In this document: piece by piece, positions 1 to 15,082 of the stretch
Numbering within the stretch: position 1 is the stretch's first letter
How the letters are laid out: each line of letters begins with the position of its first letter
Source: Adineta vaga
Lineage: Eukaryota > Animalia > Rotifera
Reading direction: 5' to 3'
Assembly: GCA_021613535.1 (NCBI GenBank)
Contig: CP075495.1
Location: forward strand, 11,160,001 to 11,224,000
DNA: 64,000 nucleotides
The notes under the pieces: model-generated
Seen by the model: only the letters and a program-made list of their open reading frames with translations
Databases searched by the model: none
Told to the model about the DNA's origin: nothing
Translations under genes and position numbers: made by a program

Positions 1-180
1 GACCAATTCTGTTCGTTAAGAACAAAATATACGAAACAGACAACAACGACGACGACAAGAATAAAAAAACCAAACAGACCAGAAATACACACACACAACA
101 TTTAATTTTTATTTATTTTTGTCTTTTTTTATTATTATTAATCTTAATATTAAAATTCAACTTTTCGGTACTTGTTTCTT

Positions 181-3100
181 TCAAACTTTCTTGGGCCCAT
201 ATTCAATAGCGGCATCATCCCATTCTAATTGATGATCGATTTTTCTTGGATCTTTTGAATGAGGCTGATAATCTTCTTCATCATCTTCTGATGAATATTC
301 ATTACGATTTTGACCATCATTTTGATATTCATCATCATCATCATCCGAACTTGAAGCTGGATACGTATTTCTTGTTTGTTCAATATTATGAATATTCACT
401 TGTGGAACGGATTTCTATGATAAACAAAACAAAATCAAAATTGAATAGAATTATTAAGAAAATCAATTCACTTTTGTTTCATCTAATGGATTAACAGTTA
501 TATTAAGTCCAATATCATCTTCCCATTCCATTTGTGAATGCATATCATCGGTTGTATTTGTTGATGGATGATGTTGTCGGTTATTTGAACGCATACGAAC
601 AACAAGATAAAGAACAAGTACACCAACAAGACCGATTGATCCACAAATAACAACAGCAATAGGCAAGTCTAAAATGAATTCAAATTATTAATTAATCTTG
701 TTATTTATCTTATCTTGAACTTTTTCTATTAACTTAAGCTCATCTGTCTTCTCATGATAATTGTCTTCTTTTTGATGGCTTGTGTAATCGATTTGTATTA
801 TTTTCTTTCTTATCACTTGTTGTTCTTACTAGTCAGTTAACGTAACTTTTGCTTCTGTTTATTATAAAGAATATATGTAAATTGAGCAATTATATAGTAA
901 ATAATGAGAAAAACACGGAGAAAAAAAGAAGACAAGATTGTAAACTCACTGTGAAGTAAAAGTTCATCACCTGGTGATGCTCTTTGCATCCTATATGATG
1001 ACAATAATGACAAGAATGCTAATTGATTATACATGTACGATGGGGAAATAGTTCAACGATTCTTTCTGATATATATCACAGCATATATGCAACAAATTGA
1101 CCATCAAGGATAGTTTACTGTGATGTGTAAAACATCTGTCATTTTACTTTTACTCAAGGTCAACAATGCCATTGACCGATTGATTTCTTTAACAGTAGAG
1201 AAAAAAAAAAGTTCATGTGAACTTACTTAGTGCTGGTGGAAGAAACATGGTAATAAAGTTTCGTTGTCAATAAAACAAGATAAAAAAAGAAAGAAGTCGT
1301 TTGGACGAAAGTTGTTGTGTTAGCTATCACTCTCTAAGTCGTTGTCGTCGATAATGATAATGACAGCGGTTGAAAGTCTGTTTGACGTTGTAGGACAGGG
1401 AGAGAGAGAGAGAGAACAGAGATTCTTGACGACAGCGAAGAGAAAAAGAAGAGAAAAAAAATGCCGGCCAGCGATGAGATGTACGAGAGCGCGAACACAC
1501 ATATACGCCCAGTCAGACAGCAGATAATTTTACAATAGAGTTACACTCATTTTTCTCCTTTTTTCCTTCTTCTACGCATTAACTCGAGAGATGATTAGAA
1601 GCAGAAACGAATAGAGAAAAAACGGCGCAGCAGGGAAAGAAACTTTTTTCCTTCTGCTGCTATTTTTTTCCTTCTCTGTACGATGATAAAAAGAAGAACA
1701 ATCTAAATGATTCATCCAATAATCTCGTTCTTGATTCAATGTCTAGTCTAGATTTGCCTGTTTCGATTAATAATATATGTGAGCAGTCACATCTGTTTGT
1801 GTTCAATCACTCTCTTGGATCTTTTTGTAAATAGAAAATCATCAGTTTATATTGAACAATGACAACGATATAAGACAACAACAAAAAATCCTATTAACAT
1901 TACTACAAAAAAAGACAACAACAGAAGACTTTTATGTCTTTTTCTCCTTTCCGTTTTGCTTATTCATTGACGTTTCTCATTTGCTTGTTTTACTAGAAGA
2001 TATATGTCCTTCGATATCGACTGTATAAGCATAAATATAAACACAACAGAAATCATCTTCTAGCCTCTAAGAACTATAAGTTAATGGAATACCACGAGCA
2101 AAGTATTAGACGATACAATCATCACTCTTTCTCCCACTTTGTTCGTCTTTACAGCCGTTAGTCAATAATAACATTATCAAGCAATGATGACGACAGATAT
2201 CTACTGATATAAAAGATTCTTTTATCGATGATCTGTGTGTTGTTTTTTTTCGCCTACTTGGTTAACTATATTCCTGAGAATGATACACATGTTAGAGATA
2301 CAGTCTATCTTTTGATTACAGTACTTCATCAATCAAATTTGTCTTTCTGTCTCTTTATCTACTGAATTAATTTACCTGATACACTTCGTTTGGTTGTATA
2401 GATATCTTCATCAACATCGATCAGATTTTCATTGATGCCATCATTGCTGACTACAAATTTATTCGATAAAGCAGCAGCAACTGGAGCTGGTAGAGCTATT
2501 TGTTTTTCCACATGAATCTATTTGCATAAAAAGAAAGAAAGAAACAACGAGTAAAAATATCAATGAATACGGAGGAAAAAACGGAATTATACTCGAACGC
2601 GAATTTCATTTGTTACAACACGATCATAAACACCATTGCATACAAGTGTAAATGCTCGATCAACATATGTAACTGGATTTCTTGAAATATAAGCAATTTG
2701 TCGAAGTAAATATTGGTAGGCATCAATCGATCCGATACCTAATTTGTAAAACAAAACAAAAGTATTTCATTTAAATGAAATCATTTTACATACCAGTAAT
2801 TACGGCACCTTCCGTAGTAATTGTATGATCAAGATTTTCATCTTTTGGTATAATTAGTTGTTCACTATTTGATAGAGCTGGTTTTGCTCGTAAACTGCAA
2901 TCACTTATATCACCTGTTGTACATAAAAACAAAAGTAACAAATCACATTGTTTAGAAGAAGAAAAAATATGATTTGTACCTTGATTTCGTTTGATTGCAT
3001 TTGTATAGATCGATAAATTTCGGTATAAATAAATACCTTGATTCATAGCTTTTTCTGGTACAACATAACTTGTATCAGATTTCAATTCAATTTTAGTGGG

Positions 3101-6100
3101 TATTTTTGGAGCAATAATTGATACTTGTCGAGTAAATGTAGGTAAATCATTTGTATGTCCTTCTCCCGAACATTTTACTCGTGTATTAATTGATACAGTT
3201 CTTTGACCCTGTGGACCAAGTGGTTGGAATGTATTACGATAGACAACATGTTTTAATAATTTTGCATAGGCTTCTGTATTATCTGTACGTATTATCCACA
3301 TTGAACGATTGACATTACTCATAAATTCCTATGGAAATCAATATTTCGTATGTATATCTACACCATTTGATGATATAAATAAGTTCTACTTACAATACCA
3401 GCTTCTTTTTGAACATCAGGAATATCAAGATATTGTTGACAATCTCGAATACAATTGGATGAACGTGGTAATTCTTCTTTTTGTGTAATAATAAGTCCAG
3501 ATAATTGACCGCGAAAATGTTGAACTAATCGCGATGCTCGTGCTGAAAAGAAATAAAACGATTATAGAGTAGGTAATTATACTATACATCTATTGATTTG
3601 TACTTAGAAGTTATAATTATCATAGTCATCATCATCATCATCATCAAATTCACATTTTCATTATTGAAATCGATTCTCACCTGTACGAATTTTTTATTTT
3701 ATAAGGATAAAAACTACGATATTTATATACAAACGATACAAAATATTCGAAATAATTTCAATAAGTAGTTTTATGTAGCACAGTATGTGTCTAACCTATC
3801 TGAAAGGGCAAGGTTTTGTTCTAATCGTCTGAATCTTAATGATACATGAATCTGTAAACAAGAACTGAACTTGACCTTATAATATTTCATTAGCACACTA
3901 TATTAAACATCCTGTTGAGAAAGATTAACAAATATAGATCTACTCAAATTTCATATATCTATATATCTCGATTGTACTTACCGTGCCAACAGGCGCCCAA
4001 TGCAAAGATTGTATCTTGTGTTCCGGGAATTTCACTTAATGGAAGATCTTCAATAATTCGGAATGTATCTTTTGTTGGAACAACTAAACGCTCATCAATA
4101 TATAAATCAATCTGAAATGAGAAAAAAATAGGAGAAGAAGAGATCAAAACATCGTTCATTACTTTATCAGGATAGTTAACAAGAAATTTATATGAATGCC
4201 ATTTATTATCGTTAATTTCAGAAATTTTCCATATCCATTCGGATGCATATTTTATTTGAGATTTAGATGATAATGGTCCTTTACGAATTAATAATTTTAA
4301 ATAATTATTTTGGATAAATAAAGCTGTATGATGACGATTTTTCACTAAAAACATATATTTATTCTCAATTAGTATAGCATTCTATAAGTGAATTTAACTT
4401 ACATTTTTCATCACTTTTACAAAAAACATGTTCTTTCTCGTTGCCGTTGTTGTTGTTATTATGATTACCGTCATTGGCATGTTTCATCCACATCTGAATG
4501 GTAAATTCATTATTTAAATGGCCAGAAAATTGAGAGTGATTAACAGTTAATGCTTGATTATAACCATTAAAGGTCATTATTTTCGACGAAGGTATTCCAT
4601 TTGTATGACCATCTTTTTCTAATAAGATATATTCACGATCAGTTGATGCTAAAATAAAATATTTTATGTTTTTCTTCTTCATTCATTTCTCCTGGAAAAT
4701 ACATACAACATTGATCGAGTTTACAGCCACTATCCAATCCATTACTATGTAATTCAACAGTTCCAACAATATCTTCAACATTGCACGATTCAACACATGT
4801 ATTCACATTAACACTATCAAAGAGATGAATATGATCAGACTGAACAATTAATTCTGATGGTGCATTGTCTAAAAAACAGAAGATTCAATTCATTTTTGAA
4901 CAATGTTTGTTTTTGTAAGTTTTATACCATTGATATTTGGTTTACATGATTTAATAATTTTAAAAGTTACTCGAGCTGGTTGACTAACTTTTCTTGAATT
5001 ATCACTTGCTGGAAAACAATCAATAGCAATAACTTCAAAGTCATATTGATCAGTATCTAAAGGTTTAGTAATCGAAATTGAACCATTTGAATCGATTGCA
5101 AATGGAACATTAGATGTAATAATTTCATAACCACAAACACGATGATCAACATTTGCACAATCATCATCAGTTGCTTCGATCTAAATCAAAGCATTTAATA
5201 CAAAAACTATTTGTTTCTATATTGGAGTACAAAGGAAGGAAAGTTGCTTGGTATGCTTATCTTTTCTTTCCATCAAAACATGTCTTATTCATATTTATTT
5301 TAACCATTGTTCTGCGTGTCGAAAATCCACTATAGATTAAGAAAAATAATTACAGTAGTATTTTTCTATTCATTTTTCGCTCTTTTCTTTCGATGATAAA
5401 ATTAGAAGAGAAACTTTATTTTTTTAACTTACACGACACGATGATGCATCACAAGTTTCATCTTGATGTAATTTAAATAAATAATTGCTATGTGTGAATA
5501 CTGGTGCATATTCATTAACATCATCAACAGTAATTATTAATGCTGATCTAGAAAAAAAAAGGGAGATGAATCATTACGTTTTCTTGCGTATTTTTATTTT
5601 TCTCGATATTTATTTGTTCGCAGTCATTCAGACGATCCGACACAATATCCCTCGAGGTAAACTACCTTTAAATACAAAATTTTTGCCTATCTACCTTTCT
5701 GAATAACGACGTTTTTCTGTTGCTGCACAATCGTATGCACGGATAAATAAACGATGAATTTGTTTTATTTCACAATCAAGTGGATCAGTATTTGATTTCA
5801 ATTGTATAACAGGTTGATTATTAAGAATTTCAACCGTAAATGGAATGCTTTGAGTTATTTCAGCAAGAATATCATCATGTTTATATAATGATAATTCATA
5901 ACCGCAAATTTTACCTTTGGTAAATATAAAGGAAAGAAAATTAAAGTAAATAAACACTTGAAAAATCGATTGATCAACAAACCATTCACAGTTTTCGAAG
6001 GATCAGCATCAGATGCAGAGAGGCGAGGTTGAAGTTGAACAATACGTTCATTTTCTTTGACATGACCAACATAAAGATTAGCAGAAAGTACTGGATCGAA

Positions 6101-6263
6101 TAGATTCGGTTTTGCCCTTGGAGATTTCGTTTCTGTTGACACTTGTTGTGTATTTGTCAAGGCTATTTAATCGATAAAGAACGAAAAAATATGGATATAA
6201 CCTTGGAATGAAAACAAAATTAATCTTACCGATAAAAACCACAAGAATAATCGACCAAATCAT
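181..6263 (-). CDS. CLSTN: Calsyntenin (multi-exon: signal peptide, 2 cadherin repeats, LamG-like domain, TM, acidic tail)
   Basis: N-terminal MIWSIILVVFI signal. Cadherin motifs (GHVKENERIV, ASDADP, LDCE, IRAYDC, DVNEYAPVF). LamG-like FTIQMWMKH. TM segment IAVVICGSIGLVGVLVLYLVV. Tail has two W-acidic motifs, MEWEDDIGLNITVNPLD and LEWDD, typical of calsyntenins. Exon boundaries set by hand. Confidence 0.9.
1227..1248 (-). CDS. Candidate alternative first coding exon of calsyntenin (MFLPPAL + 1 nt)
   Basis: Minus strand reads accATG TTT CTT CCA CCA GCA CTA A|gtaagt. The phase-1 donor is compatible with the phase-1 acceptor at 668. Confidence 0.55.
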
Positions 6264-6913
6264 TGATATTGATCGTTTGTCTTTGAATATCTGTAAAAAC
6301 GAATAAATGACTAGCTTTATAAATGAAACATTAGTATTATTAATATATTTTCTTTTTCTCTTTTTTTTTCTTCAAAAAAAAAACGCAAGAAGTAACACGG
6401 TGATGACAAAGTATGAAAATGGTAGACAAACTACCATTTTTTTACTCTTACTTGTAATGTAACGAGAGTAAGAGAGCGAACGAGAAAGAAAAAAGAGAGA
6501 ATAAGCTCGATTTTTTTCATGGCTCATTCCTTGCATTTGTCGACTTTCTCGTCGTTTTTCTCCTTTCCTTTCACTTCTTTCGCGTCGATTTTTTTTTTGA
6601 ATTCTGTATGAGATGTATACCATTGTAGGCTTTGTGCTTAGTATTTTTCCTATCGATCCTCTTTTTATTCTTTACATACTTGCATATAAATATATATTTT
6701 CTATACTCTTCATGTCACCAAGAATAGCAAAAGTGAGTGAGAGGATAAGAAAGAGAAAAAGATCCATGTACTATCATTACAATCAATGGTCTTGCCTTCC
6801 AGCTAACGCCATATTGAGAACATAGAAAAGTCAAATCTGTTTCTCTCTTTTTTATTTATATTTCGTATACAATATAACAATTCGAAAAAAAAGCAAATGA
6901 AAGTTCTAGAAAA

Positions 6914-9900
6914 TTAATTAAAAGATCCAGTAACACATGTAACAACATTTCCATGAGAAGTGTAGGATGTTTTTGTAAATTGAAATGATGAAGTTTTCCG
7001 TGTTGATTCGAGATTATCGTCATCATCAGATACATTCGAATAATCTGTTGATGATGAAAGATTTGTATTTGAGATTGCTAAAACATTTGCTTCTTCAAGA
7101 AGATCTTTAGATAATAAAATCATTTGTCCCTCGTTTGTTGTACGAATAAGATATGTTTTATCTAATTGCAAATTATGTCGATAGCTGGATTCTAATGAAA
7201 CTCGACATCTTTTAGCTTTTTCAATCGTTTGGTATCGTTCGGTTGAATAAAAAAGTTTCCGACGATGTCGTTTAACTAGTTTCAATTGATTTGCATCTTC
7301 ATGGTCATTTTTACCATGACATGTAGGTGATGTTGATGATGATTGAGAGTGATGACGACGGCGACGATGATGGGAAGAACTTGAAGATGTGAAAGTTTTT
7401 TTTAATGAATCTAAACGTTGAGTGAGAATTGATGAGGAAGAAGATGCTGAGTGTGAATTTAATATTGTTTTCGATCGATTTTGAAGCTAAATATTCAAAT
7501 AAACGAATACACATATAAATATATATATATATATATAATTCTTGTTTACTACTTTTAAATGTTAGCCCTTAGTTAGGAAATAACAAAAATGTCCTTGCTT
7601 AGAATTCTTTCATCTTCAGACATGAACATTTTAAATCAATGCAAAAAAGAAGCTGCGAAACACATTTGAAATATTTTTCTTTTAACTCTTCATAAATAAA
7701 ACAAAGTGTTTGAGTATCTCAAATGCACTTTGAAATTATTTTGATTTATTTATCGAATCCAATGATTTTTGAGGATTTCGCTATAGACATGTGATTGTCC
7801 ATTAACAAATATAATATCTCGAAAGAATAGAATGATTACTGTCATATCAATCTGGTTAACATCGGCTTATTACAAAAAGAAACAAACTCACGAACTTGTC
7901 AACAAATAATAATTTAGAAAATCTTACGTACATATTGTGACATTTTACAATGATAATCTTTGTAAGAAAGATTTTGTCAAATAAATTGATTAGAGTACCG
8001 TTTTCTATCCGAAATTTTGTCTCATTTTTTTTTGTTTAAGAAAACTATTTGACATTTGAATATATTACCAAATGAAAAACATACACATATTTTTTTGATT
8101 GATGATTATTACTCGAATAAAACCCAGTATGACAGTTTTGTTTATTTCACCTATGATTTGTTTTTCTCTCTCAATATATCAAATGACAAAAATCTACCTG
8201 TTGCATAGTTTGTTTCATTTTTAGACATGCATTGATTTGTGCAATGAATAATTCAGCATTTTCACGTTGTTCCAGTACGAAATCAATACGTTTTATTAAA
8301 GGCATTGCTCGATTAAATTGTCGTTTATTAATCCAATATTCATAAATTTTTTTCGATAATATTTCATCGTAATCTTGTGGAGATTCTTCATGTAAATAAG
8401 ATGACGATATAAACGTTGAAAATTTCTTATAACATTCATTCATCCATTGTTCAGTTCTGAATCGATCGCGTTGATAAATAGTTAAGGGAATTGTCGAAGG
8501 TACTGATGATGAACATGAGGAATCATCCTCGTTATCTTTATGAGATTGATAGATGAGTGGTTCTTGTTCGGAACGTTTTCGAGCTTCATCAGAGTGTTTT
8601 AAACAATAAGCATTAAATTGTGAACGAGATGTTGATGATTCTCTTGAAGTTGTTTGTTGAATATCAAGAAAATAACCAGCAGCAAGGCCACAAGTAACCT
8701 TAAAATAGAAACAATAACATTACAGAATTAATGATCAACTTCAATTTTATTCAATGTAATGAAAAAAAAGAAAGAAAGAAAGAAAGAAAGACAAATCATC
8801 TCCTTGGTTCTATTTTCTTCCCTATATTTGTTTGGTTTCATTAGTCTTTATAGACAGAGATCTACTCTATTTCATCATGAAACCATAATACTATCTATTG
8901 GGATTGATTACATCTTCGTTTTTATAACATCTCTATGTCTTCATCTGATTACATCGAACAAGAATGAGTACATACATGAAAGGGTGTTCGACAATTTTTA
9001 TGTGCACATTGTACACAAGCACCTTCTAATGTTGAACAAATGACACAACGAAGTGACCAACGAGCATGAGAGATTTTATCCAGATATAAAACTGGTTCCT
9101 ATTCAAATAGAAAAGATAAGTTTATCTAGTTATTATATCAACACTCATGTCATCGTACCATTTTGGCGTAATCAACAAATTTCAATTCAGGTAACCAGAG
9201 TGCACATGTTAAATGACACCAAATTGTTCCACTTGCAGTACATTTCATTGGACCGCCAAGTCTAAAAAAAGGACGCAAATTTTTTGTATATTAGTAAATG
9301 AATATAAATTACTTTGGACAAAGAATACATGAAGGTCGCGTAAGATAGAGCACGGGCGACAAAGCCATGTTCCACTTGGTACAAAAGAAATTCCATAGCA
9401 ATTTTGATGAACACAACAATTACAACGTTCACAAAAAACCATTTCATTTCCGTCATCAGCATCGGGTAATAAACATATATCACAGACAATATCTTCATCT
9501 TCACATGATTTTTGTTTTAAATACGAACGAATTTTTTCCGCCGTTGAAAATTCTAAGATAATAATTGCATTTTCAAATTCTTCTTCAGTTACAATTCGTT
9601 TGTCTAAATAGAAAATTCAAATGAACATAAAAACATAAATCAATTTTTATACTTCGAATTTGATTCGATTGATTCAATTCTTGAAGAAATTTTACATCAT
9701 TATCATCGATATCATAATCTAATTCATGCACGACTGTTTTCATGATCAATTGTGTTGTATCTCTACATGAATAGAAAAATTCATCAAAACGATTGTTGTA
9801 TTTTTTGGACATATTCATAAAATCTTATCAATAAAATCAGATAACATACGTTGGTTGATCAATTTCATCTTTATGATTCAATTTACATTTCTTTCGTTCA

Positions 9901-10387
9901 GATGTTTTAGATAATTTTCTATACGATGTTAATTGTTTGATATGATCTGATGATGATAAATTGACAGGCATTGCTAATTTATACCATTCAGGTTCTCGAT
10001 CAGTAACTGACCAATACGATGATTTGGAATTTGCTTTTGATGTTGTAGTAAAAACGAGATTATCGGAAGAAGGTGTTGAAGAACATTTTTCTATTTGTTG
10101 ATCATTATTTGCATCTAATTCATCAGTGTTGATATGGCCATTTTCATGAAGAATAGTTGTTGTTAATGAACTCGGTCGCATAGATGATTGAGGATTCTAT
10201 AAAAGCAATTTATCAAAAAAGATTTCATAAAATCTGTATATTTTACTGTTCGACGTCGTTGTGATCGTCGGTTCGTTGATGAAGTTTTTGATAGTTTAAT
10301 TCTTATTTTAAGTCCATCATTTGATGAGGATGCTGAGGATGATATTGATAATGGTGAAGGTATATTAAGATTACTTGTCTCCGTCAT
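6914..10387 (-). CDS. JADE/BRPF-type PHD-zinc knuckle-PHD (PZP) chromatin protein
   Basis: EPc-like [14 protein letters not shown]1 [28 protein letters not shown]. Second PHD with [33 protein letters not shown]. Downstream [18 protein letters not shown]. One apparent 1-nt deletion near 9340. Confidence 0.8.
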
Positions 10388-11592
10388 TTTGTTTTCTATT
10401 AGAACAAACAATTCATCTTCAAAAAGCAATTTTGTTTATCTTCTTTAAAAACACAAACTTTTGTTTTAATCACAGATTGCCAAATGTATGTAAATATAAA
10501 TAGATTAGAAAGCAATAAAAAGTGAGAAATAATTGATGTGATAATAACATGGATAAAAATATTCTATTGAATTAAAACAAAGGAACTAAAAATCTGAAAT
10601 GAAATGTAAAATTATGTTTTGTTTCTCGATTATGTAAATAAAAATCATTCGTAGCGATGATTGATGTTCTAAACTTTATATTTGTATGAATCATGTTTAA
10701 GGTAACAAAATTCCTCTGTAAATATCAAAGTAAAAGCAAGGCAAATTTTGAAATTTATTGGTTAAGATTTAATTCTTGAGTATTATTCTAGAAATCATGA
10801 GACATGATTGTTAATATTAATTCACGAAATTAACAGCTGTATTTATTACGATAGATGTGGAGACAAATTTAACATTTTTTAACTGATGATTTTGAACTCT
10901 ATTATCTTTTCGTGATTAACAAAACATTTGCTATTAGATGCATGCTGAATACGTTTATTTCATGTTTATATTACAACAATTGAGATATAGAACAAATAGT
11001 TCATTGAATTGCTATTCAGTTTTAATATTCATTCACTATGCACACTGTTACATGATATGAAAAATGATTGTCTTACCTGGCTCTCTGATAGATAAAGAAT
11101 AATGTTAGTATTTCATACTCAATGTAATATTAGAAAGAAATAGTGTAAGTGCAAACAATCTTTTTCTTGAATGAGATGTGATTTAAAAGAATTAATTGAT
11201 ATCTATCAGTAGTTCATTGTTATAAAGTTTTATTTCTAAATTCTAATGAATTAAATTCCATTCTACTATCTTACTTCTAACATTTGTCTAATTCTCAACA
11301 ATCCAAAGCTCAAATAACACACCATTTATTTTTGTATTATATTCGTTGACGATGATGATCATTTCCAGATGATGTTATATAAATGTTTCATTGATCATAA
11401 CTCTACCAAATCGATATAATCTAGAATTATAATTAATTTTATTCAACAATTCTCTTTTGTTTTATATAATCCTTTTTTCAAAACTAGGTCGAAAATATAT
11501 CTGACCAAGAAAATAAAATAAAGACTTTTACTTTAGTCAACATACACACAAACATATACATGTAGAGAAAAAGAGAAAGAAAAGAAAATGTT

Positions 11593-14500
11593 TCATCTGA
11601 CTAGATTTGATTTTGTTACCATACAAGCGACTTGAATGATAAGATTTAGTTTGTCACTATTACAATTACTATCGTATTGATTAACTGTTGTTTGTAACCA
11701 TTGATAATGTTCATCTGTAAGAGAATTTTCGGATGAAATTAAGATGGTTCGTACAAGTGAAAGAACAAATTGAAATAATGATAAGGATTGAGATTGTAGA
11801 AGGATTAAGGATTGTTTTGATGGAGGATTCCATTGAATAATACTCATTGTTGATGATGGATGGTTTGATTGTGAACATGAAGAACGAAGACGTTTCGATG
11901 CATGTGGTTCATCATTTTCATCACTTGGACGTTTATCAGCTACCGATGGAACAATTGGAATATTACTCATCGTTTCATTGACATTTGTACTTTGCATTTG
12001 TTCTGATAACGAATGATTTGTTTCAACATTCTCAATAATTTCATCGGATAGTGATGAGATTGATGCTAAAAAGACAAAATTTAGTGTACAGAATATCGAG
12101 GATATCAATATATCTGAACTCATCGTTAAATTTCACACATACTCAGACTGACACCAACAATTACATTCACTATCATCTCCCTCTCTGATACCCAAAAAAA
12201 AATCGTTAATCTTTTGAAAACTAATCGAAATATTTACCATCATTATTTTTAATTTTAAGTATTTGTGTTGAATTTACATGTTCTTTTACATGACTAATAT
12301 CATTCAATAATTCATTCAATTGTTTAACATATTCATTCGATTTCATGTTCCATGCGTGAATTTTCTTTTTATTCATTTCTAATTTTCTTGTCATGAATTC
12401 TTCTTTTCTATTTATAACTAATTCAATATTTGCTTGTTGAAATGCTTGAAGACATTTTTCTTGAAATGTTTTATTTTCATCATCATCATCACGTTTTTCA
12501 TTGATTAATAAAGGCCAAATTTGTTCCAAATAATATTTGATATTTTGAACTGTACAATTCGAACCTTTTAATACATGTGTACGTTGTTCGTCTAATAATT
12601 TCTTTTTCCATAATTCACTCATTAAATTTGTTGAACGATTATTACGTACACGACGTTCGAATAAATATCGAAATGGTAATGTTCGTGTAAATGGATATCC
12701 AAATGGATAGATTTGATTTTGTTCAAGAAATGATAGAACTATGGAAGAAAGTACTGGTAAACGTGAACAAAGAATCAGAACTATTGGACAATAATCTGAA
12801 TTTGAAATCAAATTTGTTCTTCGATTAACGAACGATTGTTCAATCCATAATTGAAATATTTGTGGTGTTAAATGACCTAATTCATTATAAGCATTCTGTT
12901 TATCATTGATTGTATCATCATGAAGTGAATTAGGAAAAATAAAGAATGGTTCAGTAGATTGTCCATCATTTGAAAATGCATAGATAACAGTTACTTTTGG
13001 TGTTAAATTCATTGGACGTAATTCATTCCATTCTGGTAATTGTAATATTGTCGATTTTTTTGTTAATGGAAATTCGAATGTATCAATAGTCCATAATTGT
13101 GCCTAAGAAAAATACAAAATAATTCAACTAATAAACTTATCTTTTCATAAAAGAAAATCTCTTTACTTTTTCACAATTGATCTCTTTATCGAATAGATAT
13201 TGTTGAAAATCTTCATTCCATTGTTTATCATCAATGACTGATTCGTTATCTAATTGAATTTGATGAATATCTTCGAAAGCTCGCCAAAAAATTCCAGGTG
13301 ATTGCTGATCACAACTTCGAATTGAACCCATATTATTATTTCCACAGATATTCATCGAACGTTTTCGTGTAAATATACCAGTTAATTGATAGATTTCTCG
13401 AAGAAATAATTGTTTTGCACAAGACCAAAAATATAATGAACGTAAGTGACGTAACCAATCAATTGTTGATTTTGACTGCATAAATGTATTCAATTGTACG
13501 AGATGAGCACCAGTTATATACGATGAATTCATTTTATACGATAAACAATATTTGAAATAATCTAATTTCATTCCACCAAGAGATTTACTTGCACGTGATA
13601 TTGATATTTGTCGATTGATAATAAAAGAAAGAATTTCTTCTGGTTTAGAATCAACAGGTAGATCAGATATCATCGTTGTTGGAGGAGGTAACTTTGTTTT
13701 ACTACCTAGACAATAAAAATCAATAGAATATAACTTTCATTGTCTTACAATTTCAATGTGAAATATTTTACCTGTTTTAATCAGAATTTTCTTCTTTTTC
13801 TTTTTGGGTAATGAATTTTGTATTGGTGGTTGTAATGATTGTACATATTCTTGATCATTTGTTTTCCATAAGATAGTTTGATTGAATAATTTCATGATTT
13901 GATCATTTTGTTTCAAACTTCGTAATGAAAACCATAATGTGTAAATAATACGTTGGATATTGCCAGATGATTTTAAAAACATTTTATCAATTCGATTGGC
14001 TTCTGACCATTGTTTATCGAATAGAGTAAAGAATGGTACTAAGATATGTGTGTTATATGTATCAACATCAGTCGTTAGTAATTCTACATTGTATTTTTCA
14101 CAAGATGCTTGAAAATCTGGTGTTATAAGAGTGGTACGTGGATCGATGAGAAGAGCACTTTAAAAATAAAGAAAAACGAAATCAGTACTATTATGTACCA
14201 TGTTTATCATGGAAATTTATATCCTTTTTTTTCTTCTCGTTAAACTTATACTCTGAACATGATTTTCTTGTGTATCACTTTTCAAATCATATCTACCTAT
14301 TCTTGGTTATAAATGATGAAGAAAGAAACTCTTCCAGCCATTGTTGAACATATTCATATGTAATAACTCCAGTATTTGTTTCAATAATACGTGTAAATGT
14401 TGATGATGATGCATTGACTTTAACATATCGTCCTGGTTTACATATAATCAATTGATTCGAATATTTTCCACTTGGTGTTACAGCAAATATACAATGTAAA

Positions 14501-15082
14501 CGTGTGGCACTTGTTTTCTTATATTGTGTTGATGAACGTGTCGCATCATTATCTAATATTGCAATTTCTGGTATTAATGAAGAACCATTCGATGGTAAAA
14601 GCATTGAAATTGAAGTAAGAAACCAAATTTGTTCGATATGAGTTAATGAATGAAGAAATTGTAGAGGTTTTGTTGAAGGAGATAATTTTATTAATTGACT
14701 AGCTGGTTGAAATGTTGAATAACGTAAAGAATTGATTGAAAAATCATTTTTATTATCATCATTTAATAATAACCATCGATTAAAAGAATTAAATGTGATA
14801 GTTGATGAATAGTAACGTTTAAATGATGTATATAATATTGATATTGGATCAATTGAACCTTGTTTGGAAAGATTCAATGCAAATGAACGACATTGTGACC
14901 AAAGTAATTCATTGATACCTAAACATTGAATAGGTGGAGGACATGATTGATGTGTATATTTATCAAATAAATTTGTTGGTAATGGACAAGACAATTCCGA
15001 CCAGTTGATTCTATGAAAAATAAACGATTGACTCTTTTTCTTTGTTATTTAATTAAATTTACTCGGACGAATTTGTATTCAT
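11593..15082 (-). CDS. Intron-containing gene with two degenerate pogo/DDE_1-like transposase modules (probably domesticated)
   Basis: Module 1: RLHCIFAVTPSGKYSNQLIICK, TGVITYEYVQQWLEEF, ALLIDP. Module 2: KVTVIYAFSNDGQSTEPFFIF, GHLTPQIFQLWIEQSF, PIVLIL. Both follow DDE_1 motif order. Start modelled as ATG 15082 (MNTNSSE) spliced to the exon at 15010. Confidence 0.6.

Noticed and set aside
246-494. His-rich + strand ORF and similar short antisense or alternate-frame ORFs (e.g. 24533, 29569, 34873, 51355, 53275, 59525)
   Set aside because: These are shadows of real exons on the opposite strand or in another frame, with no independent motifs.
735-828. Possible extra calsyntenin exon (VRTTSDKKKII...)
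   Set aside because: It has an acceptor and an open frame, but I found no convincing phase-1 donor, and exon 2376 splices in frame directly to 668.
11593-15082. Active DNA transposon
   Set aside because: Introns are present, the catalytic DDD motifs are eroded, and no TIRs or target-site duplications were noticed.
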